From contig JBFLWN010000006.1 of the NCBI GenBank assembly GCA_040757555.1, positions 5,748 to 69,747 of the forward strand: 64,000 nt of DNA. Reading direction: 5' to 3'. A program made the translations under genes and the position numbers. Positions within the stretch are counted from its first letter, which is position 1; each line of letters starts with the position of its first letter. Under the pieces are notes generated by a model, which was not told the origin of the DNA, searched no databases, and was given only the letters and a program-made list of their open reading frames with translations. Shown here one piece after another: positions 44,653 to 53,161 of this stretch. The stretch comes from Patescibacteria group bacterium (GTDB lineage Bacteria > Patescibacteriota > Minisyncoccia > UBA6257 > GWB1-50-10).

Positions 44653-46326
44653 ATGTTCCTCGCAAAAAAACTTCAAGAACAACTTCAAAAACAAAGAAAA
44701 ATTGCGGAGGAAAACGACGCAAAAAGGAGAGCAACACAACTCGGGATTCCCTATCTCGATCTTATTGGTTCGAAAACCCCAATTGAATTAAAGGCGCTTG
44801 GGGTAATAAAAGAAGAAGAAGCGAAAAAAGCACTTATTACTCCGTTTCAAATTGATCAAAAAAAACTCTTTGTTGCCGCATTTAACCCCGCGCTTCCCGA
44901 ATCAAAAACACTCATTGAGTCTTTAAAACAGAAATTTGAACTTCATATTGTGATCTCTTCAATGTTGTCGTTACACCATGGGTGGTCATATTACCAATAT
45001 GTGGGTGAGGTGAAAGAAATTTCGGGAAGTGTAGAAATCAACGAAGCACATATCAAGGAATTTCAATCAGAAATAAAAAGTCTTACTGATTTTTCCTCTG
45101 CACTAAAAAACTTCAAAAGCCCATATACCTCTCAAATTCTTGAGATTATTCTCGCGGGAGCAATGGCAATGAAAACATCAGATATTCATCTTGAACCAAG
45201 TGAAAACGAAAATTCACTCCGCCTTCGCGTCGATGGACTTCTCCATACTATTTTTTCAGAATTTACTCCTCTCGTATATAAATCGGTAGTTACACGCATA
45301 AAACTTCTCTCAAATTTAAAACTCAACATCCATAACGAAGCACAAGACGGACGATTCACCATACGACTAAGCGACCGCGACATCGAAGTTCGAACCTCGG
45401 TAATTCCTTCCGAATATGGCGAAACACTTGTACTCCGACTCCTTGATCCACTTTCCTTGAAAGCAAACCTGGAAGAATTAGGATGGCGCACTGACGATCT
45501 TGATATTATAAAAAAAGAAATTGATCGACCGAATGGACTTATTTTAAACACAGGACCCACCGGGTCTGGAAAAACTACCACACTCTATGCGTTTTTAAAA
45601 TATATTACCGATCCAGAAATAAAAATAATTACCATTGAAGACCCCATTGAATATCACCTCGAAGGAATTTCACAAACACAGGTTGATGCTGATGCAAATT
45701 ATACGTTCGCAAGCGGACTTCGTTCGATTTTACGTCAAGATCCCGACATTGTGCTCGTGGGAGAAATTAGAGACAAAGAGACCGCTGAAATTGCGATGAA
45801 TGCATCACTTACTGGACACTTAGTGTTTTCAACACTTCACACAAATGATGCGGTGGGCGCAATCCCCCGTCTTATCGATTTGGGTGCAAAAACACAAATT
45901 ATCGGACCTGCATTGAATCTCGTCATTGCGCAACGTCTCGTTCGTGTGCTTTGTCCAGAATGTAGAGTGCCCATCGCGATAAATGACGAACAAAAAGAAA
46001 AAATAAAAAACTTCATAGAAAAACTTCCGGCGCGCGTGGATAAAAAAGAATATGAAACATACACAATCTATGGACCAAAAGGATGCCCCGCGTGTGCAGG
46101 AATCGGATATAAAGGACGTATTTCAATATTCGAACTTTTTGCAATCTCGGAAAAAATAGAAGAATTAATTTACAAAAACCCAACTGAGCTTGAGTTAAAA
46201 GAAATTGCACAAAAAGAAGGAATGGTAATGCTCCAAGAAGATGGGTTCTTAAAGGTATTAAAAGGAAAAACAAGCATCGCTGAGGTGGAACGTTTGGCGG
46301 GAAAAATTGAGTGGCTGGAGGGATAG
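44653..46326 (+). CDS. pilB: type IV pilus / type II secretion assembly ATPase (PilB/GspE family)
   Basis: GspE N-terminal domain; Walker A ILNTGPTGSGKTTTLYAFL; Asp box; Walker B/His box VGEIRDKETAEIAMNASLTGHLVFSTLHTNDA; tetracysteine motif CPECRVP...CPACAG. 557 aa. Terminator gaggcaccataaaaaattttgtggtgct follows. Confidence 0.85.
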   Translation: MFLAKKLQEQLQKQRKIAEENDAKRRATQLGIPYLDLIGSKTPIELKALGVIKEEEAKKALITPFQIDQKKLFVAAFNPALPESKTLIESLKQKFELHIVISSMLSLHHGWSYYQYVGEVKEISGSVEINEAHIKEFQSEIKSLTDFSSALKNFKSPYTSQILEIILAGAMAMKTSDIHLEPSENENSLRLRVDGLLHTIFSEFTPLVYKSVVTRIKLLSNLKLNIHNEAQDGRFTIRLSDRDIEVRTSVIPSEYGETLVLRLLDPLSLKANLEELGWRTDDLDIIKKEIDRPNGLILNTGPTGSGKTTTLYAFLKYITDPEIKIITIEDPIEYHLEGISQTQVDADANYTFASGLRSILRQDPDIVLVGEIRDKETAEIAMNASLTGHLVFSTLHTNDAVGAIPRLIDLGAKTQIIGPALNLVIAQRLVRVLCPECRVPIAINDEQKEKIKNFIEKLPARVDKKEYETYTIYGPKGCPACAGIGYKGRISIFELFAISEKIEELIYKNPTELELKEIAQKEGMVMLQEDGFLKVLKGKTSIAEVERLAGKIEWLEG

Positions 46327-46455
46327 GGATTAGATAATTAGACGGTTAAGGAGAAAAAAGAGGCACCATAAAAAATTTTGTGGTGCTAGTTTATTTGAAA
46401 ATATGAGATTAAAAACAGAGGGACTGGAAAATTATAAATTCCAGTCCCAAAATTA

Positions 46456-46935
46456 TTATTTACGAACCCCGAGAAAGTGTTCGTAGGTCCCCCAAATAGT
46501 ATCAAACCAAGCTGGGTCTAACATGCGCTCGCCGTTACTTGAATGGAGTACAGATATGAGGCGATTGTCATTAGAGCGGGACCAAGATTGTCCCAACGCA
46601 ACAACAATAGATTTTCCATCCCAACCCCTGGGAGCCCATTTTAATTGCTCTCGTGTGGTTGCGGGACGAAAACCCTTTTCGTTCATTCTCGCAATAACAG
46701 CATTCGAGTTCATATCTTTCCCAAAATAAAAATCCCTAGTCTCTTTTTCGGTTTCAACCAAATCTTCTGGTTGGATGGGAAAATTTACTTCGGTGATGCG
46801 TTCATTCACCGAGTCGAGCTCTAATGGGGTAATCATGTCAATGAGTCTCATAATTCCTCTCTTTTTAATTAAATTATTAAAAAATCCTGATAATAGCTCC
46901 GTGGGTAAAAAGCCGTTAGGCCGTGTGAAACACAT
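46456..46935 (-). CDS. hypothetical protein (likely starts at internal Met, ~46851)
   Basis: 159-aa ORF with no recognisable motif. Hairpin gggactggaaaattataaattccagtccc (46411-46440) downstream of its stop. Confidence 0.3.
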   Translation of the reverse strand: MCFTRPNGFLPTELLSGFFNNLIKKRGIMRLIDMITPLELDSVNERITEVNFPIQPEDLVETEKETRDFYFGKDMNSNAVIARMNEKGFRPATTREQLKWAPRGWDGKSIVVALGQSWSRSNDNRLISVLHSSNGERMLDPAWFDTIWGTYEHFLGVRK

Positions 46936-47053
46936 TTTCCGAAATTATATTTCAGAAAAAGACTGATTTTTCCGAGGAGTTACCGAGCCGGAGCAAGATA
47001 ATCCTAAAGTTTCTAGGAAGAAATCCGTTTACCCACAGGTCTATTATCAGGAT
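46884..47053. repeat. ~170-bp element bounded by a 26-nt imperfect terminal inverted repeat (atcctgataatagctccgtgggtaaa ... tttacccacaggtctattatcaggat); candidate MITE-like element or structured RNA
   Basis: Arm 1 is 46884-46909; arm 2 is 47028-47053, whose reverse complement is atcctgataatagacctgtgggtaaa (23/26 identical). ~118 nt are enclosed, inside a ~420-bp divergent non-coding spacer that is unusually long for this compact genome. Confidence 0.4.
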
Positions 47054-47273
47054 ACTGGTAGTATTCTATCATACCTGTGCTTATTTGTCAATAGCCCTTA
47101 TGGGGCGGCAGAAAATCAGCGTTTTTCGTGAAAAACAGCATTCGTATATCTCTTTTCTCTTTACTAGGGACTATCATACGGGTATCAAAATAAATGTCAA
47201 CCCTCTAAAATGTGAGGATTTTAAAGTAAAATAATACACTTTCGGACAAATCTGCGGTAATATTAAGTCATAT

Positions 47274-48281
47274 ATGTGCGCAAAAAAAGAAGAAAAAAAC
47301 AACAATAATGATCTTGGGTTTGATCTTGCGCTCCGCCCCGGAACATGGAATGAGTATGTGGGTCAGGAGAAAGCGAAAACAAATTTGCGCCTCATCATCG
47401 ACGCCGCAAAAAAGAGGGGGGAAAGTTGTGATCACCTTCTTTTTTACGGCCAAGCGGGTTTGGGAAAAACAACACTTGCATATCTAGTGGGAAAGGAAAT
47501 GGGAGTCCAGGTACGATCAACGACTGGGCCAGCACTCGAAAAAGCAGGAGATGTCGCTGCAATTTTAAGTAATATCGAGCCCCATGAAATTTTATTTATT
47601 GATGAAGCGCATCGTATCAATAAGCTTGTTGAAGAAATTTTATATCCGGCGCTTGAAAGTAGAAAACTTCATTTTATTGTTGGAAAGGGACCGTCGGCAC
47701 GAACGTTTTCACTTGATCTTCCCCCGTTCACTGTCGTTGCCGCAACTACACGGGTGAATGTGCTTTCAAACCCGCTTCGTTCACGTTTCGGCGCAACCAT
47801 TAAACTTGATTATTATCGAAATGAAGATATTGAAAAAATAATAAAACAGTCTGCGCATATTTTAAAAACAAATATTACTCCGACCGCGATTTCTATGCTT
47901 GCTCGCGCATCACGATTTACTCCACGCACCGCAAATAGACTATTAAAACGTGCACGCGACTATGCTGAGGTATACCACAACGGATCAATCGACGAACACG
48001 TGGTGGAAAAAACACTATCACTTCTTGAGGTGGATCCACTTGGGCTCGAACACACCGATAGAGAACTTTTAAAGACTATAATTAAGCGATTTAGTGGTGG
48101 CCCAGTGGGAGTAAAAGCGCTTGGGGCCGCACTTTCCGAGGAGGTTGGAACTATTGAAGATGTATATGAGCCATTTCTTATGAACCTTGGGTTTCTCGAG
48201 AGGACATCACTGGGACGCGTTGCAACAAAATCAGCATACGAATATCTCGGTATACCGTTCAAAAAAAACGAACTTGTTTAA
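47274..48281 (+). CDS. ruvB: Holliday junction DNA helicase RuvB
   Basis: LRPGTWNEYVGQEKAK...LLFYGQAGLGKTTLA (Walker A), sensor and arginine-finger regions, winged-helix C-terminus. 335 aa. Confidence 0.9.
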   Translation: MCAKKEEKNNNNDLGFDLALRPGTWNEYVGQEKAKTNLRLIIDAAKKRGESCDHLLFYGQAGLGKTTLAYLVGKEMGVQVRSTTGPALEKAGDVAAILSNIEPHEILFIDEAHRINKLVEEILYPALESRKLHFIVGKGPSARTFSLDLPPFTVVAATTRVNVLSNPLRSRFGATIKLDYYRNEDIEKIIKQSAHILKTNITPTAISMLARASRFTPRTANRLLKRARDYAEVYHNGSIDEHVVEKTLSLLEVDPLGLEHTDRELLKTIIKRFSGGPVGVKALGAALSEEVGTIEDVYEPFLMNLGFLERTSLGRVATKSAYEYLGIPFKKNELV

Positions 48282-48285
48282 AGAA

Positions 48286-48729
48286 ATGAGATTTTATTCC
48301 AACTCCCCTCTTCACACAAAAAAAATAGCACAAAAATTGGCAAAAGAAGTGCTTCTCTCCCCCCACAAAAAAACAGTGGTGGTGGGGCTTATAGGAGATT
48401 TAGGAAGTGGAAAAACAACGTTTGTGAAAAGTTTTGCGAAAGAATTTGGAATACGATCAAATATCACAAGCCCCACTTTTCTTATTCAAAAAAAACACAA
48501 AATTAAAAAGAGTGGGTTCGCGTCATTTCTCCACGTGGATGCCTACCGTATAAAAAAAATAAATGAATTATATACCATTGGATTTACAGACGAATTGTCA
48601 AATAATCAGAATGTTGTTGTTATTGAGTGGGCGGATATGATAAAAAAGATTCTTCCTAAAAAAATGATTTGGGTTTCGTTTGTGCATGGGAAAAACAAAA
48701 ACCAACGATATGTCAGTATTAAAAAATAA
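48286..48729 (+). CDS. tsaE: tRNA threonylcarbamoyladenosine (t6A) biosynthesis protein TsaE (YjeE)
   Basis: Walker A LIGDLGSGKTTFVKSFAKEFGI and ...SPTF...H.D.YR pattern of the TsaE P-loop family. ATG 48286 chosen over the upstream extension that overlaps ruvB. Confidence 0.75.
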   Translation: MRFYSNSPLHTKKIAQKLAKEVLLSPHKKTVVVGLIGDLGSGKTTFVKSFAKEFGIRSNITSPTFLIQKKHKIKKSGFASFLHVDAYRIKKINELYTIGFTDELSNNQNVVVIEWADMIKKILPKKMIWVSFVHGKNKNQRYVSIKK

Positions 48730-51109
48730 AAAAATTCTTCTTATTGATGCCCATTCGCTCATCCACCGATCGTTTCATGCGCTCCCCCCACTCACCGCAC
48801 CAGACGGAAAACCCACGGGTGCGTTATACGGAGTTTCGAGCACACTCCTTCGAGTGTTGAAAGAAAAATCTCCAGATTATGTTGTTGCGGCATTTGATCG
48901 CCCAGAACCAACATTTCGAAAGGAACAATACGCGGAATACAAAGCACATCGCCCAAAAGCACCCGATGAACTTATTTCTCAACTAAAGGAATCGCGCGAG
49001 CTTTTTAAAAAGTTTGGTATTTATATATCAGAAATTCCTGGATATGAGGGCGATGATATTATTGGGACGCTTTCTGAAAAATTCAGTAAAGAGGAGGGGG
49101 TGTTTATTACTATTCTGACTGGGGACCTCGATACCCTTCAATTAGTAAAAAACGGGAAGGTTGAGGTAGAAACATTCAAAAAAGGAATAAATGACGCCAT
49201 GATATATGACGAAAACGCGGTACGCGAACGCTTAGGGGTTATGGTAGAACACGTTCCGGACTACAAGGGACTTGTCGGAGACCAATCAGATAATATACCG
49301 GGAATCCCCGGGGTTGGACCAAAAACAGCCGCACAACTCATCTCAAAATACGGAACCATAGAACATATATATGCATCCATAAACACCCAAGACCCGTTGT
49401 TTAAAAAAATTGGCGAACATAAAAAAATAGCGCTTCTTTCAAAAAACCTCGCAACAATAAAAAGAGACGTGCCGATAGATGTTTCTCTCGAGGAGGCAAA
49501 GTACGAAAAATTAGATCTAAAAAAATTGGAAGAGTATTTTGATTATTTGGGATTTGAAAGTCTTATAAAAAGGCTTGGATTAAATAGGAGTGGTGGAGAA
49601 AAAAAAGATGAAAATACACAATATACAACACACAACAATGTTTTTGTTGTATATGATTGGAAAGAAAAAATAAAACTCAAAGAAAGTAACTTAATTTCTC
49701 CGGACAGCGTGTTTGATATAAAAATAGCCGCGTGGCTTCTCGATCCTGATAAAAACAAACTCTCGGTTGATGATATATCAAAAAGATTTCTAAAAACTAT
49801 TTCATCTAACGATGATTTGGGTGTGTTATATAAAACTCTGGAAGAATCTATAAAAAACAATAAACTCGAGAAAGTGTTTTATGGGATAGAAATGCCACTT
49901 ATTCCTATTCTCGCAAGAATGGAATCGACTGGAATTTTGTGTGACGACAACCTCCTTGTTCGCCTTGAGAAGAAAATAAAAGAAGAAACAAAGAAAACGG
50001 AAGAAAAAATAATTGAACTTGCCGGAGAGAAATTTAATATTTCTTCGCCGCGACAAGTTGGAGACATCCTTTTCACAAAACTTCACATAAAAGAAAATAA
50101 AAAACACAAAACAAAAACCGGAATGAATTCAACTGCGGAATCTGTTTTAGTTGAATTGAAAGACCAACACCCGATAATTGAGCACATCCTTGTTTATCGG
50201 GAAAATATGAAAATTCTCTCGACATACGTCTCTCCCCTCCTTGAATATGCGCGAGCGGACACGGATCATCGGATACACACTACGTATATACAAACAGGAA
50301 CGGCGACCGGAAGACTTTCTTCGGAAAAACCAAACCTACAAAACATTCCTCAAGAATCGAAGTGGTCAAAAGAGTTGCGTGAAGCATTTATTCCAAAAAA
50401 TGGGTTTTCCTTCCTATCATTCGATTATTCACAACTCGAACTGCGACTTCTTGCTCATATATCAAGGGATGAAAAATTACTCTCCGCGTTTCTTCACGGA
50501 AAAGATATCCACAATATTACTGCCGCCCAAATATTTAACATCGACGAGTCCGCGGTGACTCCTGAGTTGCGGAGAATCGCAAAAACACTGAATTTTGGGG
50601 TTGCATATGGAATGGGGCCACGGGCATTTTCCGCAACAAGTGGTATATCTATCGATGACGCGAAACGATTCATTAATGAATATTTTTCTGATTTTCCGAA
50701 AGTAAAAGAGTGGCAAGAAAAAATGAGGGTTGAGGCACAAACTGGCGGAACAATAAGAAACGAGACTGGTCGTATACGGGTGTTTCCTGGTGGAATAAAA
50801 AACAAAAAAATTATATCAGAAATGGAACGAGCGGCCATAAACATGCCTGTACAAAGCCTTGGGGCGGATATTATCAAACTTTCCATGGTCGCCGCACAGA
50901 AGTTTATTGATATACAGAAATATGCCGATTCGATGCGACTTATTCTCACCATACACGATGAATTGATATTCGAGGTGCGTGATGATATTCTGAAAAGTAT
51001 CATCGCTCCAGTAAAATACCTCATGGAGCACCCCCTCTCTCTTTTGGTACCGCTTACCGTAGAGGTAAAAATAGGAAAAGATTGGGGAAATATGAAAAAA
51101 TATGAATAA
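48710..51109 (+). CDS. polA: DNA polymerase I (5' nuclease domain plus family A polymerase domain)
   Basis: N-terminal 5'-3' exonuclease (ILLIDAHSLIHRSFHAL..., H3TH GIPGVGPKTA). Polymerase motif A (LLSFDYSQLELRLLAH), motif B (RRIAKTLNFGVAYGMG) and motif C (IHDELIFEV). ~800 aa. Confidence 0.9.
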   Translation: MSVLKNKKILLIDAHSLIHRSFHALPPLTAPDGKPTGALYGVSSTLLRVLKEKSPDYVVAAFDRPEPTFRKEQYAEYKAHRPKAPDELISQLKESRELFKKFGIYISEIPGYEGDDIIGTLSEKFSKEEGVFITILTGDLDTLQLVKNGKVEVETFKKGINDAMIYDENAVRERLGVMVEHVPDYKGLVGDQSDNIPGIPGVGPKTAAQLISKYGTIEHIYASINTQDPLFKKIGEHKKIALLSKNLATIKRDVPIDVSLEEAKYEKLDLKKLEEYFDYLGFESLIKRLGLNRSGGEKKDENTQYTTHNNVFVVYDWKEKIKLKESNLISPDSVFDIKIAAWLLDPDKNKLSVDDISKRFLKTISSNDDLGVLYKTLEESIKNNKLEKVFYGIEMPLIPILARMESTGILCDDNLLVRLEKKIKEETKKTEEKIIELAGEKFNISSPRQVGDILFTKLHIKENKKHKTKTGMNSTAESVLVELKDQHPIIEHILVYRENMKILSTYVSPLLEYARADTDHRIHTTYIQTGTATGRLSSEKPNLQNIPQESKWSKELREAFIPKNGFSFLSFDYSQLELRLLAHISRDEKLLSAFLHGKDIHNITAAQIFNIDESAVTPELRRIAKTLNFGVAYGMGPRAFSATSGISIDDAKRFINEYFSDFPKVKEWQEKMRVEAQTGGTIRNETGRIRVFPGGIKNKKIISEMERAAINMPVQSLGADIIKLSMVAAQKFIDIQKYADSMRLILTIHDELIFEVRDDILKSIIAPVKYLMEHPLSLLVPLTVEVKIGKDWGNMKKYE

Positions 51110-52271
51110 TATGTTTTCTTTTTTCTCAAAAACAAAAAAAACTCAAGATAATTTTCTTTGTCAAAGAAAATTATTGGCAATTGTAGAAAACTTAAGAGAT
51201 GGGCTTATTATGTATTCCCCACAATTTGAAATACTAGAATTCAATCCCGCGGCTGAAAATATTTTTTCTGTAAAAAAAGATGAGGTTTTGGGAATGGTTA
51301 TTGAACCAAAGTTAAATCAGATAGAAAAATTTAAATCACTCACTCAGGTGATTTACCCATCTCTTGCTTCGTCTGTCTCCCAACTTTCTGAAGCAAGTGT
51401 GTGGCCACAAATAATAGAGATCTCTATTGAGGAACAAAATAAAAATTTTTATACCGTCCTAAATAGAATTACCGACGAGAACGGAAAAATTATCTGTTTC
51501 TTGAAAATAGTGAAAGACGAAACACGAGAACAAGCAATATTACAAAGCAAAAACGAGTTTATCAATACCGCAGCTCATCAACTAAGAACCCCGCTCACCG
51601 CGCTTAATTGGGCACTTGAAAATATATTAAAATTTTCAGAAAACTCATCTCCGGAAATACACGACGTGGCAACCGAAGCGATAAAAGTATCAGAGCGAAC
51701 ACTTAAAATTACCAACGATCTTCTTGATGTTGCAAAAATAGAAGAAGGAAAATTTGGATACTCATTTAAGAATGTTGATATTGTTGTATTTGTGAATGGA
51801 ATTATAGATGCAGTAATCCCATTTGCCCACCAACATTCGACGCAAATTACATTTTCCCACCCAAACATAAACGAATTATATGTCGCTATGGACCCCGATC
51901 GATTGGGGCTTGCCCTCTTTAATCTCATTGATAACGCGGTAAAATACACCGTAGAACAGGGGGTTGTCTCAATACTGCTCGAAAAAAACGAAAACCTTAT
52001 AAAAATCTCAATACAAGACTCTGGAGTTGGTATTCCTGAAAACGAAAGGGAAAAGATATTCAAAAAATTCTATCGCGCGACAAATGCCGCCCAAGTTGAA
52101 CCAAATGGAAATGGATTGGGTCTTTTTATTACACAAAACATTATCAAAAGACATGGGGGAGATATTGGGTTCGAGTCGCGCGCTGGGCGTGGCACCACAT
52201 TTTGGTTTACCCTTCCAATAAAAAGCGTCTCTGTTGGTGATGAGTCGTCTGTGTTTAAAAATATTTCTTAG
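51102..52271 (+). CDS. sensor histidine kinase (PAS-like sensor, HisKA, HATPase_c); no cognate response regulator adjacent
   Basis: H-box AAHQLRTPLTALNWALE; N-box LIDNAVKYT; G-boxes IQDSGVGI and GNGLGLFITQNIIKRHGGDI. 389 aa, cytoplasmic (no TM). Confidence 0.8.
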   Translation: MNNMFSFFSKTKKTQDNFLCQRKLLAIVENLRDGLIMYSPQFEILEFNPAAENIFSVKKDEVLGMVIEPKLNQIEKFKSLTQVIYPSLASSVSQLSEASVWPQIIEISIEEQNKNFYTVLNRITDENGKIICFLKIVKDETREQAILQSKNEFINTAAHQLRTPLTALNWALENILKFSENSSPEIHDVATEAIKVSERTLKITNDLLDVAKIEEGKFGYSFKNVDIVVFVNGIIDAVIPFAHQHSTQITFSHPNINELYVAMDPDRLGLALFNLIDNAVKYTVEQGVVSILLEKNENLIKISIQDSGVGIPENEREKIFKKFYRATNAAQVEPNGNGLGLFITQNIIKRHGGDIGFESRAGRGTTFWFTLPIKSVSVGDESSVFKNIS

Positions 52272-52299
52272 TGTTTTTTTGTGGTGTCGGTTTTTTATT

Positions 52300-52776
52300 A
52301 TGATTATTTTAGGAATTGATCCAGGAACAAGTCGTGTGGGAATTGGTGTGATAAAAAAACACGGCAACTCTTTGATTCATGTAGAAAGCAGCCTTCTTCC
52401 TTTGCGGAAAATATATATAAACGAGGGAGAGCGTCTTTGTGTTTTAGAAAAGGAACTCAAAAAAGTTTTAAAAAGAAGAAAACCAGATCTTGTGGGAATC
52501 GAAAGTCTTTATTTTTCAAATAATCAAAAGACGGCGTTTTCGGTAAGTCAGGCGCGGGGGGTAATATTAAAAACAATTGCCGAAAATAAAATTCCATATA
52601 TAGAACTCGCTCCATCTGAAATAAAACTATCGATTGCGGGACATGGAAAGGCGCCTAAAGAACGTGTTGCACACATGGTGGGAATTCTTCTTCAGATAGA
52701 CACAAAAAAAATTATTGATGACATAACCGATGCGCTCGCAATTGCAATTGCTGCGTGTTATATAAAAAAGTATTGA
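52300..52776 (+). CDS. ruvC: crossover junction endodeoxyribonuclease RuvC
   Basis: MIILGIDPGTSRVGIGVI (RNase-H-fold N-terminus with catalytic Asp), later catalytic E/D/D (LVGIESLYF..., ITDALAIAIA). Internal ATG 52300 chosen. Confidence 0.85.
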   Translation: MIILGIDPGTSRVGIGVIKKHGNSLIHVESSLLPLRKIYINEGERLCVLEKELKKVLKRRKPDLVGIESLYFSNNQKTAFSVSQARGVILKTIAENKIPYIELAPSEIKLSIAGHGKAPKERVAHMVGILLQIDTKKIIDDITDALAIAIAACYIKKY

Positions 52777-52825
52777 AGTTACAAAATTTTTTGCTACTAT
52801 TTCCTATATGTGGGGTGGGGTGATA

Positions 52826-52854
52826 TTGACTTCTGCTTGTTGTCGCTCTATTAT
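52826..52854 (+). promoter_or_regulatory. sigma-70-like promoter TTGACT - 17 nt - TATTAT upstream of a small acidic ORF
   Basis: -35 TTGACT 52826-52831, -10 TATTAT 52849-52854, 17-nt spacer. Confidence 0.4.
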
Positions 52855-52925
52855 CCCTTTCGCATACGTTATACGCGCTTTAAAAGGTCGTTTAAGCGTG
52901 AATAAATTAAAAATTATTGAAGAAG

Positions 52926-53075
52926 ATGAAAAAAACGACAGACCCAGATGTCTTTGTGGAAGAAGACAAAGACGAGGACTCTGACTACCTTATAGCAGAC
53001 GAGGAGAAATATATAGAAAAAGAAGAGGAGGTAAAAGGTTTTCTTGAAGACGAAGAGGGGGAAGAGGCCTACTAA
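52926..53075 (+). CDS. small highly acidic hypothetical protein (49 aa, below ORF-track cutoff)
   Basis: MKKTTDPDVFVEEDKDEDSDYLIADEEKYIEKEEEVKGFLEDEEGEEAY. It has its own promoter and a strong terminator (catcccacccgccgaccagcgggtgggatg, 53093-53122). Confidence 0.25.
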   Translation: MKKTTDPDVFVEEDKDEDSDYLIADEEKYIEKEEEVKGFLEDEEGEEAY

Positions 53076-53161
53076 ATACGCAAATAAAACATCCCACCCG
53101 CCGACCAGCGGGTGGGATGTTGTTATGTGAATAAAAATTATAAAATTAAAGGACGTTCATT

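Noticed and set aside
46852-47273. Long dnaA-distal spacer tested by eye for RNase P RNA, SRP RNA and 6S RNA
   Set aside because: Conserved P4 (AGGAAAGUCCGGGCUC / ACAGAACCCGGCUUA), SRP domain IV (AGGUCAGG...GAAGCAGCC) and a continuous 6S-type helix are all absent. It is retained only as an unexplained inverted-repeat element.
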